From Entomortierella parvispora E1425 (Eukaryota; Fungi; Mortierellomycota): 64,000 nucleotides of DNA. Under the pieces are notes generated by a model, which was not told the DNA's origin, did not search any database, and was given only the letters and a program-made list of their open reading frames with translations. Position 1 is the stretch's first letter. Each line of letters opens with the position of its first letter. The position numbers were made by a program, and so were the translations under genes. This document shows, piece by piece, positions 24,483 through 36,856 of the stretch. Location: NCBI GenBank assembly GCA_020891255.1, contig BQFW01000015.1, positions 992,001-1,056,000 of the forward strand, given 5' to 3'.

Positions 24483-26113
24483 ATGAGGTTGCTGCCATTC
24501 TCCACTTCTGTCACAACAGCGACCGCTGTCCTTCTCCTTCTTTCATCAGTCTCAACCACATCACTAGCCACAGAGACTTCGATACGATTTTCAAAATCTC
24601 ATATCTCAACAAAGGACCTCCCCAAATACCACCCTTACGATACCCTCGCCAAACGAGCTGGCGATAGTCATGATGAGCATGACCACCCTGCCCCAGTCAC
24701 GATAACAACAACAGTGGCTATCGCGCCGATTACTGGCCCAACACCTACTCCAACAATCCCAGATCATGACCATCCCCACCCGCAGGAAGGAAGACTCGAG
24801 GATAGCCATGATGACCATGCTGGACATGATCATGGTGAGTCTGAATCCGATGCTGGACACTCTCACGGACCCGCCAGGTAATATCCATGTTTCCATCAAT
24901 CACCCTTTCCCACTCCCCCCTTTTTGGTGGCAACTGCCGCTATTCTCAAACTGAAAGCTAACGTTTATTTCATTTGGCCCTTTTTTCCTGTTACAGAACC
25001 TGCGACGACCATGATCATGATCACGGAGCTTATGTTGTTTGGCATCATATTGTGGCCATCCTGGTCCTGATGCTGTTTGCTGGACTCGGATGTGTCCTGC
25101 CCATGATGATCCGTGACAGCAGCCGATCAAGATTCGCCGTTCAGCTTGGAAAATACTTTGGCGCTGGCGTGGTCCTCTCTGTGGCATTCATTCACATCCT
25201 CCCCGAGGCATTATTTTCATTGACACACCCTTGTTTGTCCAAGTCTTGGACTGATGACTACCCTGGCTACGCCCCCTTGATCATGATGGTTTCAGGATTG
25301 ACGATGCTGGTCATTGAGTTCTTGGCCTCATCCGTGGCAGTCAGTGTCGAGGCTCGGAACAAAGAAGCTGCTGCTGCCGCTGCTCACAGTCACGACCTTG
25401 AGGTACAAGCATGGAGCGTCGAACCGCAGGAGCATGAGCACGACCGTGGCCACGACCACGACCACGATCATGATCACAAACACACTTCGCCCATTCACCC
25501 TCTCGACAGCTCCGAGACCGTCTCGCCTTCAACTGTTACCTCGCCTGTACGCAAGACCTCATCGCATGACCTGGATGGCTGCAACCACGCTCATGGTCTG
25601 ACACTGTTGCAATGTGGACCCGGTGTGTCCACCAAGGTGTCGACCTACATGCTTGAACTTGGAATTGCATTGCATTCGGTCTTTATTGGTATCGCCTTGG
25701 GAACTTTGGCTGGCTCGGAGTTTGTGGCCATGACAATTGCCATTTGCTTCCACCAGTTCTTTGAGGGAATAGCCTTGGGCTCTAGGATCGCCGATCTGAC
25801 CTTCCCAGGCCGCAGGTGGTTTCCTGCACTTTTGGTGGCGATCTTTGCATTGGTGACACCGTTGGGCGTCGCAATTGGCATGGGTATGCACACAAGCTAC
25901 AAGGCCAACTCGGCCGAAAGTCTGATCATCAAGGGCGTCTTCGATTCAATTGCTTGCGGAGTGTTGCTCTACACGGCTTTTGTCACACTTCTTGGAGGCG
26001 ACATCCTCTACTCTGAAAGGTTCAGAGCAGAATCCAGGGCTAGCAAGGCATCTTATCTGGTTGCGGTCTGGATGGGAGCCCTCTCAATGGCTGTCATTGC
26101 GCTGTGGGCATAA
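24483..26113 (+). CDS. ZRT1: ZIP family zinc transporter (Zrt1-like) with signal peptide and His-rich N-terminus (intron 24878-24996)
   Basis: KYFGAGVVLSVAFIHILPEA; LELGIALHSVFIGIALG; ICFHQFFEGIALG; HDHDHDH loop. Confidence 0.9.
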
Positions 26114-26548
26114 CCTATATAAAATAAAAATTAAAAAAAAACTCATATAAAATAGATTCGACTAATGTCGATCAACCAATAGAATCGCGCGATTTTATGT
26201 GCCTTGACACGTCGCAGGAGATCTCCGCCCTGCTGCAATCATCATCATCTTTCATCTCTCATCTTCTCCATCTCCGCCTTCTCCCTCTCCTTCCCCTCGC
26301 CCTCTCTGCTCACTGCTTTGTCTGCACCCTCAACACTACAAAGGATCAACTGCACTTCTTCTCGACCCCTCCCTCACCCCTTGTCCTTTTTAACGACCCT
26401 CTCCCAGTTTACTCGGTGTTTTATTGAGAAACAAACTTCCCTCACACCTTCCTTTTCTTTCTTGTCTTTCTGTCAAACTCCCTCGGCCTATTTTCACAAG
26501 AACTGTCACTCAATCAACTCTTACAACTCCAGTCTCATCAAAACCAGG

Positions 26549-28781
26549 ATGCTCTTCTCAAAGAAACGCTTTATGCTCGGAGCCGCTGTGGCCCTCCTCT
26601 CGGCTACCACTGTCTTTGCCCAGGAGGACGACGATAACCTGCAGCCTCTCCGAACTCACTCTCTGTACATGCCTTATATCGGTAAGTTACTTTTCTATTC
26701 TTCTTTCTGAGAAGGAGCGAATAGGCAATTAGGCAATTAGGCATGAGTGAGAACCATGGGCAGAGAAAGATGCAAAACGGATGCACTGGACAATTACATT
26801 TTGAAAGTTGATTTCAAGGCCAGCGATCCAGATTGTGAAAACCCGATTCCAATTTCAGAAACAGGACTGGGCGTTGCGGAACGGAGAGCAAGGGCACAGA
26901 GCATCAATAACATCATGACCGAGGTAGAAGCTAGGAAACGCTTCGTGGGAAACATCAACAGGCTGGACACAGAAAGTGGTTATTGGATAGGTTAGCTCAG
27001 GGACGGGAAAGTTGCTATTGTCACTTTCTGTCCTTTGGGGTCCTGTTAATCCCATGGTCGAGTCCATATTAAACCGGACTCATGGTGGCAGTTCCTAGTT
27101 TTCTCTTTCACGCACCGTCTCATGGGATTTCTTGGATGCCTTGTTTTCGTCCTGCTTTCTATCATCCGCCTCAATTGCACAACTTCTCATACAATTCGAC
27201 ACACCTTCCTACAAGATACCCATAAGAAGGGAGATGCGGTGATGGCCACCAAATAAGGGGATCATAAAGAAGAACGGAAGCAGGATGTCCGTGAGATTCA
27301 CAAAATGATGTATGCTGGCCCCCAGAACCAGGATAGCAAAACAACAAGTGATTAGGTGTACTGGCAGAAGGAGGATAGAGGGCCATTTGGCAGGCAAAAG
27401 GTCAGGAGTGCCATTAGGAGAAGACATCGTCACGGCAGCTTGAAAGTTATGATGCTCCTAGGCAGGAGAAGATGGGGACAAAATTTATGCACATACCAGA
27501 CGCAATACGCGTCATGATGCCTTCTTCTCTGCTTCTCAATTGAGCGGTGACTGACCTGTGTCCTTTCAACTCTAGATCAAGACCTTCAGAATCGTTGGTT
27601 CGATTTTGGCGGCGATGCTCTCATCAACACTAACAGGCATGTCCGCCTGACCCAAGATATGCCCTCTCAGTCCGGCTGGCTGTGGAGTCGCCTCGTATGT
27701 ATTCCTTACTTGTCTTGGCCCTGAAAAGCAACGAATGCAAGTTCTTAGCTGATCTTTTTTTTTTTTTTTTTTTTTTTTTAGCCCCTCGAGGTGTCCAACT
27801 TCCAGATCGAGTTCGAGTTCGCTGTCGGGGGTAAGGGCGATAACCTCTTTGGTGATGGATTTGCAGTCTGGCTTACCAAGGAGCGCGCCGAGCCTGGACC
27901 CGTTTTTGGCAGTCGGGATCATTTTGAAGGCTTGGGTATCTTTTTCGACACCTATGAAAATGGCAGATCTCCGGTAATGATTTTAATCTTTGGTTTCCAC
28001 TTAAGCTGGATCGTGAAGAGTCGTCAGTTTTGGGCTAATTTTTATTTTTCTGTTCGTTAAATCCTTGACAGCACACATTCCCATATGTCTTGGCAATGAT
28101 GGGCGATGGTAGAACCAAGTACGACAATGATAACGATGGAAGCAACAACAAACTCGGAGGATGTGAATCTAACTTCCGTGGTCGCACCGAGACCACAAAG
28201 GGTCGTCTGACTTACTCGCGGGACACCAGTTCTCTCAACGTAAGCCGTCATTTGTGGAATTCTTTGGTGGGTGAAAGCAAGATGTTTCTCCGAGGACTTT
28301 TATCTAAACAGTTTTCTCCTTTTAATCTCCCTGTCAATGTCAGCTCAAGATCCAGACACAGTTCTGGGACCAGTGGGATGACTGCTTTACTCTCCAGGAC
28401 ATCAAGTTGCCTGAGCTGCCCTACCTCGGATTCACGGCCCACACGGGTGAGGTCCATGATAACCACGACATTGTCAGCGTCACGACGTCTACCATGGTCA
28501 AGGCACCTCAACTCCTCGGACACGTAAGAACCTGAAGATTGAGAAGTTGATAAAAACGACGGGCATCTACTCCGCTGTTGACATCTGATACTTACACCAT
28601 ATCTTTTCTCCAAAAAAAAAAAAAAAAAAAAAAATAGACCCGTAACACCGCCCCTCCACCCTCGAGCAAGTCTGGTTTGGGATGGTACCTCAAGTTCCTT
28701 GCGATCAGCGGTGTCTTTGTTGGTGTTGTCGCTGTTGCGTACAACATGTCCAAGAAGTCAAACGATATGAAGCGTTTTTAA
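26549..28781 (+). CDS. L-type (VIP36/Emp46-like) lectin, ER-Golgi cargo receptor; multi-exon
   Basis: Signal peptide; LRTHSLYMPYI|DQDLQNRWFDFGG; FGDGFAVW; GPVFGSRDHFEGLGIFFDTY; YLGFTAHTGEVHDNHDI; TM segment and KRF C-terminus. Confidence 0.9.
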
Positions 28782-29078
28782 ATACAGCAAACGCTGTCAC
28801 CTCCTCCCATTGCCTCGCTTTGGCCCTTCCTGTTTTTCAACTCTTCCCCCTCACAAAGGTTCTCTGACCAATTTGCACATAATTACAATAGACGAAAACG
28901 ACCAATAAATCTTTCAATGATGTTTCTTGAAATGAGGATATTTTTATTTACAAAGGAGTCGGGAGCCAGGTTAATTTACAAATGAGAAGTGTATGAAGAA
29001 CAAAAGGGAAGAGTTGCATGCGTGAAAAAAGCCCGTATGGTACTTCTTTTTGATACCCTCCCTACTCTTGTCCTTTTT

Positions 29079-30387
29079 TTAAAAGTCGGCATCAAGGGTG
29101 AAGCTGTTGTTGGCACCCTTCTCAGCGTTGGTGCCAGACATGACACCGGCCTTCTGATAGTCCGAAACACGCTTCTCAAAGAAGTTGGTCTTGCCCTGCA
29201 AGGAGATCAAGTCCATAAAGTCAAAGGGGTTCTCGACCTTGTAGTGCTTGTCGTTGCCGAGAGCGACTAAGAGACGGTCGGCCACAAATTCAATGTACTG
29301 CTTCATCAAGGTGGCGTTCATTCCGATCAACATGACGGGGAGTGCCTCGGTCAAGAACTCTTGCTCGATCGCAACAGCCTCAGTGATGATGGCGAGGACG
29401 CGCTTGGCATCGGGACGCTGTCTCAACAACGAGAACAAGAGGCAGGCAAAATCGGTGTGAAGACCCTCATCGCGGGAAATCAACTCGTTGGAGAAGGTCA
29501 AACCAGGCATCAGGCCACGCTTCTTGAGCCAGAAAATGGATGCGAACGAGCCAGAGAAGAAGATACCCTCGACAGCGGCAAAGGCGACAAGGCGCTCAGC
29601 AAAGGTCGAGTTGGCATCCGAGATCCAACGCATGGCCCAGGCAGCCTTCTTGCGAATGCAAGGAACTATTTTTTTTTGGAGGGAAAAGGGGCGGCGGGAA
29701 GGGGTTAAAATCCATGTGTCTGTGGATGTTTGATTCTCTGTGTTCAGAATCAAGGGGCGTTGTGTGACGACGAATCAATTGGGCAGAACGCGACAAAAGA
29801 GACGAAAATCAAAACAAGTGGACAGACGCGCGTCTGCAGGCTGAGAAAGGGAGGCAAGGCAACTTACTGGTGTCAATGGCATCAAAGAGGTGGTCCCTCT
29901 GGCTGGGCTCCTTGACATAGGTGTCGATGAGGAGCGAGTACATCTCGGAATGCACATTCTCAATCATGATTTGGAAACCATAGAAGCATCGAGCCTCAGG
30001 GATCTGGACCTCATTCGAGAAGCGCTCCAACAGATTCTCATTCACAATGCCATCACTGGCAGCGAAGAAGGCGAGGATGTGCGAGATGAAGAAACGCTCG
30101 TCGTCAGACAGCTTGTTCTCCCAGTCATTCATGTCCTTGGACAGATCGACTTCCTCAGCGGTCCAGAATGAGGCCTCAGCCTTCTTGTACATCTGCCAGA
30201 CCTCATGGAACTTGATGGGGAAGAGAACGAAACGGCGGGGGTTGGGTCGCAGGAGGGGCTCGTCTTGCTCAGCGACCTTCATTTCGTTAAGCTTGGCGGC
30301 CAGGCCGGCTTCGATTTGGAGGTCGGCCTCAACAGTCTTGGAGGCAGCGACGGCAGCGACGGGGACTTGGGTGGTGGCAGCAGACAT
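29079..30387 (-). CDS. RNR2: Ribonucleotide reductase small subunit (intron 29666-29867)
   Basis: RRFVLFPI; [14 protein letters not shown]; [13 protein letters not shown]; [12 protein letters not shown]; [13 protein letters not shown]; [12 protein letters not shown]; [17 protein letters not shown]. Confidence 0.97.
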
Positions 30388-30579
30388 GGCTGATGGGAAG
30401 ATTGAGCGTGCTTGGTAGGGGTTGAGTAAAGAGTGAGAACGGTGTATCTGTGCTGAACGCGAGAGAGAAGGCGAGGAACGTAGAGTGGGCAAGATGTGGA
30501 CGAAAGAGGATAAATGAAAGAGAGAGAAGAAAGAAAAGAAAACAACAACAAACGCAGGCGCGAGTATTTGTACGTGCAG

Positions 30580-30585
30580 ACGCGT
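30580..30585. promoter_or_regulatory. MCB-like element (ACGCGT) upstream of RNR2
   Basis: ACGCGT about 195 bp upstream of the ATG, plus ACGCGA at 30457. RNR genes are established MBF targets in yeasts. Confidence 0.35.
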
Positions 30586-31426
30586 CGGTGATAAGTGCTT
30601 TGTCCCACAGTGAAAACAACGGCCATTCACGTTAATTCCATCAGCTGTCGAAATTATTTAAGTTATCTGCACCTTCGCCCGTGTCAAACGAAAAGGGACG
30701 TCCCTCGTCTTCGCTGTTTGATATCGTAATAAACAATTCGAACTCCACCCAAGCCAAGCCCCTCTCTTTGTCTCGCCCCCTTTGCTTGCACCCAAGACCT
30801 TGGCTGGGTCCATGACAAATCCCTTTTACCAGCCACCCGTGGCTGGCGCTTGCCTTCCTGTCTAGGTGTAATCTGGGCCATCGGGTAATAAAAACTTGAA
30901 AAGTGAGGATCCAGGACGCGAGGGTTACGAAACAGGTTTATTGCATGATGTGCAGAGACGGTCGCCTCAAGAGTACTTTGGGCGAAGCTGATTCGGCAAT
31001 TATGAATCAGAGACAGTGGATAATGGACTCTAGACTGCACTCTTTGCCGGCTTTATGGAGTCGCCCTTCCACACTGCCGCGGCACTCATAACTCTCATAA
31101 CTAGAGACTTGACAACCAAGGGTTAGTGGACGACAAAATAAAAACTACAGCTACGAACGACAAGGGATGTTTAAGAAAAAAACATTATCAGCCAATTCTG
31201 CGGATGCTTTTATTTTACTTAGATGGGAAGTCGTGAGTGGTATGTGTTGCTGTCATTTGTAAGAATGGAGAATATGAAATCATGCACAGCCATCTCCTTG
31301 GGTATTACTCGTTTGCTGTAGCATAGGCAACAAAAAAAAATGTGGGCTATTCACTACAAGGGTTTATTAGATTACACTATAGTACAACGAGAGAGGAGAG
31401 GGGGAGGGTAGACGAGAATAAAGTGA

Positions 31427-34021
31427 CTAGGCTGTCAAGGGCCAGAGACCAGCTGCAGAGAAAGAAGACGAGTGCGCCTCCTCCAAGTCGTCATCTACCG
31501 AGGTCAACGTCGAAGCTCTAACCGCGGCTCCAGTACCAGCCAAAAATTCGTCCAGACGGTTCATGGCAGGCATGGGAGGAGGAGAGCTGAGCGTTGGTGA
31601 AATAGGAGACAGTGAAGAAGGAGAAGTCGAGGAAGAAGAATCTGAAGAGGTAGAAGAGAATGAAGAGTGGTATCGATGGTAGGACTGCTGGGGCTGTTGA
31701 TGGCTCATCTTTTGGTTTTGCTGTTGAAAGAACATTTGATTTTGTTGAAGTTGCTGTTGCAGCTGTCCATGGCCCAAAAGGGACTGAGAGTCAAAGGAAG
31801 GGAATGAGGAGCCAAACAACTGAGAATGAATCTGTTGTTGCTGTTGCTGTTGTTGCATCTGCTGTTGCTGTTGACGCATCCACAACATCCTAGCCTCTGT
31901 TTCCTGTGTCTGTGTCATGATCTGGCGCTGCTGGTGGATCCAGCGAGGGAGAAGCAAAGTTTGTTGCTCACCGATGTAAGAATGGTCCTGTTCGTAGTAC
32001 ATCAGCAAAGACTGCAACATGTCGTAAGCCTCTTCTTTCGACGGCACCTTCCGCATCTTCCCGTCGACACTCATTCCAAAGGCAGCCGCAGGGACCGATC
32101 CAGCAGTCGAGGCAGTTGCTGAGGTTGTGGAAGCCAACTTGGTAGGGTCCAAGGTCGTGGCCATAGGCGAGATGGTTGACATAAGACAGGGAAGTTGTAA
32201 ACCAGTCATAGATCCAAACAAGTTGGGATAGGCGTCCATGATTGCTTGAGGTGACTGGTGCTGAGGTTGAGATTGTTGTTCGTAAGACTGGTGCTGAAGC
32301 AATGATGCGGTCGGTTGTATGCTCAAGATGCTGCTGTCGCTGCACTGAGGTTGTTGCATCATGGTCGAGGTGGATAACACTCCAGCGGCAAAGCTTTGGC
32401 TGGCATCTGTGGGACCGCTATGTCTGGACCGCTTCTTAGGGGAAGGGGCCGCCGGTGAAAACTCATGAGTGGAATGATACTCTTCATCGACGTCGTCATC
32501 ATCCTCACCATCCTGTGCACCGTTTTCGCCTTGGTAAACCACCCCCTCGGATCCGTCCTGCTCCACCTTGACTTTGACTCCACCATCGGTAGGTGAAGGG
32601 GTCGAGGTGGTTGAGGAGACAGAGGATTGGTTCTCGTGGTGATCCATCTCGACGATCCAACGGTACTTGCCGAGGCGATCAGCAGCCCATTGAACGCCCA
32701 ATCTACGCTTGAAGTGTCGAAGCCAACCAAAAGAGCACCGCATACGACTTGCGCTGGGAATAGACTGAGCGAGGCGAAGAGCATGCGATTGAAGCTCGGC
32801 ATCATTGAGGCGTCGACCCTGGCTATCGACTGAGGCGGGGCTCTTGAGGAAGGCGACCATAGCTCGGTCGAGCTCAACCGAAGCTGGTTCTCGCACGCGC
32901 TTGAGCTGGCCCTCCCATCTTGTGCCGACTATTGTGCGTGAAGAAAAGAAAAGGAATTGAAATTAGGTCAATATAGAGTTTCGTTGGGCACCCCAAGAAT
33001 CCACCCGAGATCAGGCCATGGTTGAAGATGATCATCATGCGGAGCTCGGCAGGATCACCCCTGAGTTCAGCCGAGGAGCTGTCGGTCACTAGCCGAAGCG
33101 AGCCGACCGAGGGCACCTGCGCGCCGAACAAGGTTGATTGAATATCAATTTTAAAGGGGGTCAAATACACGGCAGGCTCTCAAGCGATCCAAATCGACCG
33201 ATGACTGCAAAGTTGGCCAGGGAAGTGAGGTGGAGGGAAACGAGACACATGAAAGGCAAACAAACCGATCTTGTGTTTGTGCGAGGGTTCGTTGAACACG
33301 GGAGTGGAGCGATGCGATCCATTTCACTACACCTCGCCACTGGGACTGAACCAACCAAGCTTTCCGTTGTGGAGAAGAAAGAGCGAAGTTCAAAGGGCGC
33401 GGGCAGTGGGGATGGTGGGGGGTAAATCAAGGTTGGGATGTGTAATGCAAATTCTGTCCTTCTGACCATACCTTCACCTGGGGTGCCCTCGGCGGAAACG
33501 GACGACCGATCACTGGCAACACTGACGCTCCGGCTTCGCTTGCTCTTGCTACTGCTGTCAGTGTTGCTGGCTTTCTTGTTGGAGACCAGAGTCGTTGCCG
33601 ATACGGATGCTGACACTTTGGATGATGCTGTTGAAGCGGCGTCCTTGTTCCTGTTCTTGTTCGGGCTGACTCTGTACTTGTTCACACGCTGACCATCCTT
33701 GCTCTGCAAAAGACAGGCGTCCTGTGCCAGTGCCATCGTATTTGTAAATCCCACTACTGTGCCGTCACCATTTGCTGTTGATGAAGTCAATCCGAGACTG
33801 TTCTGCATGGTCTGGTAGAGGTCCTTGTGGCCGGCCATCAAGGACGCGCGCTGTTTGTGAAGAATAGAGTACACAGTGACGCGGGCAATGCGGAGTCCCC
33901 AGGTAGCTTGTACCCAGTCGCAGACTTCAGTGGGTCTGAGCTTGTGGGTGTCGGCCTGGTGGATCAATTGACGCTTTTGTTCGCGAGTAAGCGAAGTGTG
34001 TTTTTCTCCAAAGACGCCCAT
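31427..34021 (-). CDS. CENP-B/pogo(Tc5)-type tandem HTH DNA-binding protein lacking a DDE domain (intron 32929-33471)
   Basis: HTH1 LTREQKRQLI...EVCDWVQATWGLRIARVTVYSIL; HTH2 ELDRAMVAFL...NDAELQSHALRLA...CSFGWLRHFKRRLGV; C-terminal VPSKEEAYDMLQSLLMYYEQ helix; polyQ; clean GT-AG intron. Confidence 0.8.
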
Positions 34022-35170
34022 GCTAGCAGTGAAGGTTTTGGGTGTGGAAATAGTGAGGGTAGAGAAATGCGATTGAGAATGAGGTGAAGTGTCTCAAGTT
34101 GGAGGGTATAAAGGAGAAAGAAAGAGTTGATCGAGAATATCTCTATGCTGCTGAGGATGATCCAAGAGTAAAGAAAATAAAAATGTTTTCTACGTGAGTG
34201 TGGAGCGAGTCAGAAAAAAAAAAGAAAGTAGGGTGTACCTTGGCGTGCCTGGTCCCTTTTATGTATTTTGAGGCAACCATTATTCTCCGTGGACAGTTGC
34301 AACTCATGCGACACATGTCAGCGAACAAACTCTCACAGTTTTGTTGTTGTCCAAGGTGAGAGAGTACCTTGGCGCCCTCGAATGAATTGAACAAACAAAA
34401 GGGAGGACAGGCCCTTTCCCTGCCCCAAATGAACCTTTTTTTTAATCTTTTTTGAGCTCTGTCAGACGGTCTCCAGCTCCACCCACTCCACGCCTGCCTG
34501 CTTCCCCACTGGAGCGCGTAGAGGTAGAGCCCCTGTCTTTGCACGGGATGAGCTTCGCCTGCCAGTCAAACTGAGGCCTTGTTGGCCAGTCACACCGGCC
34601 TCCACAAATGAACGAGATCCGAGCGAGCCGAAGAAGCCAACGGCTGGCACGAAGGTTCAAAAATAAAATGAAGGCGCTTGTGTGTTGTGATGCCTTGGTC
34701 ATGCCAAAAAGTCATTCTTCTCTCTCAACCTTGACTACTGTAGGTTATCCAACCACGTCTCAACCTTGATCTCTGGGATCTGCTGGTAATGTATGTGGTT
34801 TGTTGGCGTAAGACAAACGAAAAAAAGAGCCGTTTAGACGACTTCCTGGGGCACGACGCTGTGCATGTGCTGTCTCCCAGCAATTGTGGAGGGAAAACAC
34901 ACTTGGCGAGCATGTGCAAGGAACGAGAGCCAGTGTCACCTAACCCAACTTTCCTCTTTTGGAGGACATTTCAACTGTTTTGTTCGCTTTGATCTGCCGA
35001 CAGATCTGGCTCGAACCGCTTGGCGTTCGGGTTGGGGATTCTTTGGTTGTGTTGCATGACCGCGCTTTCAGCTCCTCTCTCCTCAATTACTCTAATATTT
35101 GCCCTGATGTATGTTGACATTCATCTCCAATATTATTTGCCAGAAAGTGAAGCCCAACAACTCATGTGGT

Positions 35171-36551
35171 TTATTCCTGCTTCTCAGATGCCTCGTCGCT
35201 ATTCTTGAGGCTAGCTTCAAAGATGGATTGGATGTTGTACTTTTTCAAAAGATCGTAATCCTTGACTACGCTCAGGAAGCATATACTCTAGGGTAGCAAT
35301 TAGAAAGGGAAAAGAGTACGTGTTAGAATACAGTCAGGACGCCTATCATTCGATACGGCTCTATAACCATCTTTACCTTGATCACTTCAGCCAAGATCAT
35401 GTACTCGGGCTCGACCATCTTCACGACATGCTTTTCAGATGTTCCCACCTGAGACGCTAGCATCTTCATAAGAGCGTCCCGCTCAACCTTGTCATTGTGT
35501 CGAATTTTGGGCAAAACTTTGAACTACAACAACAAACATAGACGCAAGGTTAGGCTATTTGTTTTCACATCATAGTGTCCTTTGTCATCCAAGTCCAAAT
35601 ACGTACAGTAGTGGGCTTTTGATCTTCAGCGTGGAAATAAGGCGCAAGAACACGCTTTGACATTGTCTCAATATCGTCCATGTTGGCATAGCTCGTCTCA
35701 TCCACGGGAATGAAGCGCTGACAATATCTGTTTACGCGCAAAGAGTGGCATACAAAGGATTAATAAAAGTGGTGATATAGGCAACAGCAAGGCGTATTTT
35801 CTACGCTATGGACAGTGAAGGAACGCTACCTTGTCCTCTTGTTACCAGACTCAATCATGTCGGTCAAAATAAAGTGGCAAAGTTTCGATGGCTCAATATC
35901 CATGGCACGGATAAAAATGACTGTTGGATCAAGTTAAACCAATTCACTTAGCAATAGTTTGGAAGTTAAGACCCGCAACCATCACTCGAGAAAACATACC
36001 GCAGTCAGTGCCTGTCATCAGCGGAAGGAATTTCTTTCCGCCCTTTGGTTTTTTTGCTTGGGCAACCTCGCGCTTGATAGCATCCTCAATGGACTCTTCC
36101 TCATCATCCGCCGCAACCTCGTCGTTGAAATGAGCTCCGTACAGCTTTTCCGCATACTAGAAAACAAAAATTGATGGTAAATCAGTAATCAGACGTCTTG
36201 CCAAAGATATCGATTGTTTAAACAGATCGAAGATGCTGCCCCTCAAATGTGCCCTGTACACATCCTTGCCACGCGTCGAATAGGTTGCTCAGACGATACT
36301 CATGGAAATCAAGTTCAATAGTTGTCAGCAAGGTCAACCTATACCCTATTTACCTCTGAAAGAAGATCACAAGCCTCCCTGCTGGCCTGCACCTCTCTGC
36401 CTCGAACGCATGTGACCATGACGCCCTTCATCTTTGGGTCAATTGGAAAACCGCCGGGGAGGTACTTTCCGACCTTGTGGATGTCAGTCTTTGCCTTCTT
36501 TCCACCTTTCTGGCTACCGCCGTCGTTCTTGCGCTTGTTGTCTCCGCCCAT
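35171..36551 (-). CDS. TAN1: THUMP-domain tRNA acetylation adaptor (Tan1/THUMPD1); about 6 exons
   Basis: GVMVTCVRGREVQASREACDLL; SIEDAIKREVAQ; KRTRYCQRFIPV; MILAEVIK|SICFLSVVKDYDLLKKYNI. Confidence 0.87.
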
Positions 36552-36856
36552 GCTTGCTGAAGTTGTGTTGAGAAGAGTTTGTATATTTGGTGGCGAATGA
36601 GAAAAACACTACAAAACGATTGCCAGGGTGGCTTGCGCTCAAAGATGCGATCTGCATTTCCGCCATTAATGCACCTGGCTCGTTGCTCGGACAATGTCTT
36701 CTTGCTGAGTTCACCCTCTCCTTCCCTCAATCAGCTCCTCAACCCTCACTTCATCATCCTCACTGCTCTCGCCCTCCGTATCGAGCTTACACATCCCTCG
36801 GATAGTCTCGTCGCCTGAAATAGAACCCTAAAAGACAAGGAACCACTTTACCAGTC

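Noticed and set aside
16792-30630. ORF-track starts upstream of the chosen ATGs (16965, 20528, 22497, 30630)
   Set aside because: They begin at non-ATG or UTR-like pyrimidine-rich sequence. Downstream ATGs fit the protein families better.
33043-33080. Hairpin with superficial Alu/7SL-like wording (GGATCACCCCTGAGTTC) in the CENP-B-like intron
   Set aside because: The match is short, the rest of the SRP RNA structure is absent, and chance is sufficient.
643-34021. Idea that CDEI-like GTCACGTG sites plus CENP-P and CENP-B-like genes mark a point centromere
   Set aside because: There is no long AT-rich CDEII-like core, the region is gene-dense, and the motifs track tRNA genes instead.
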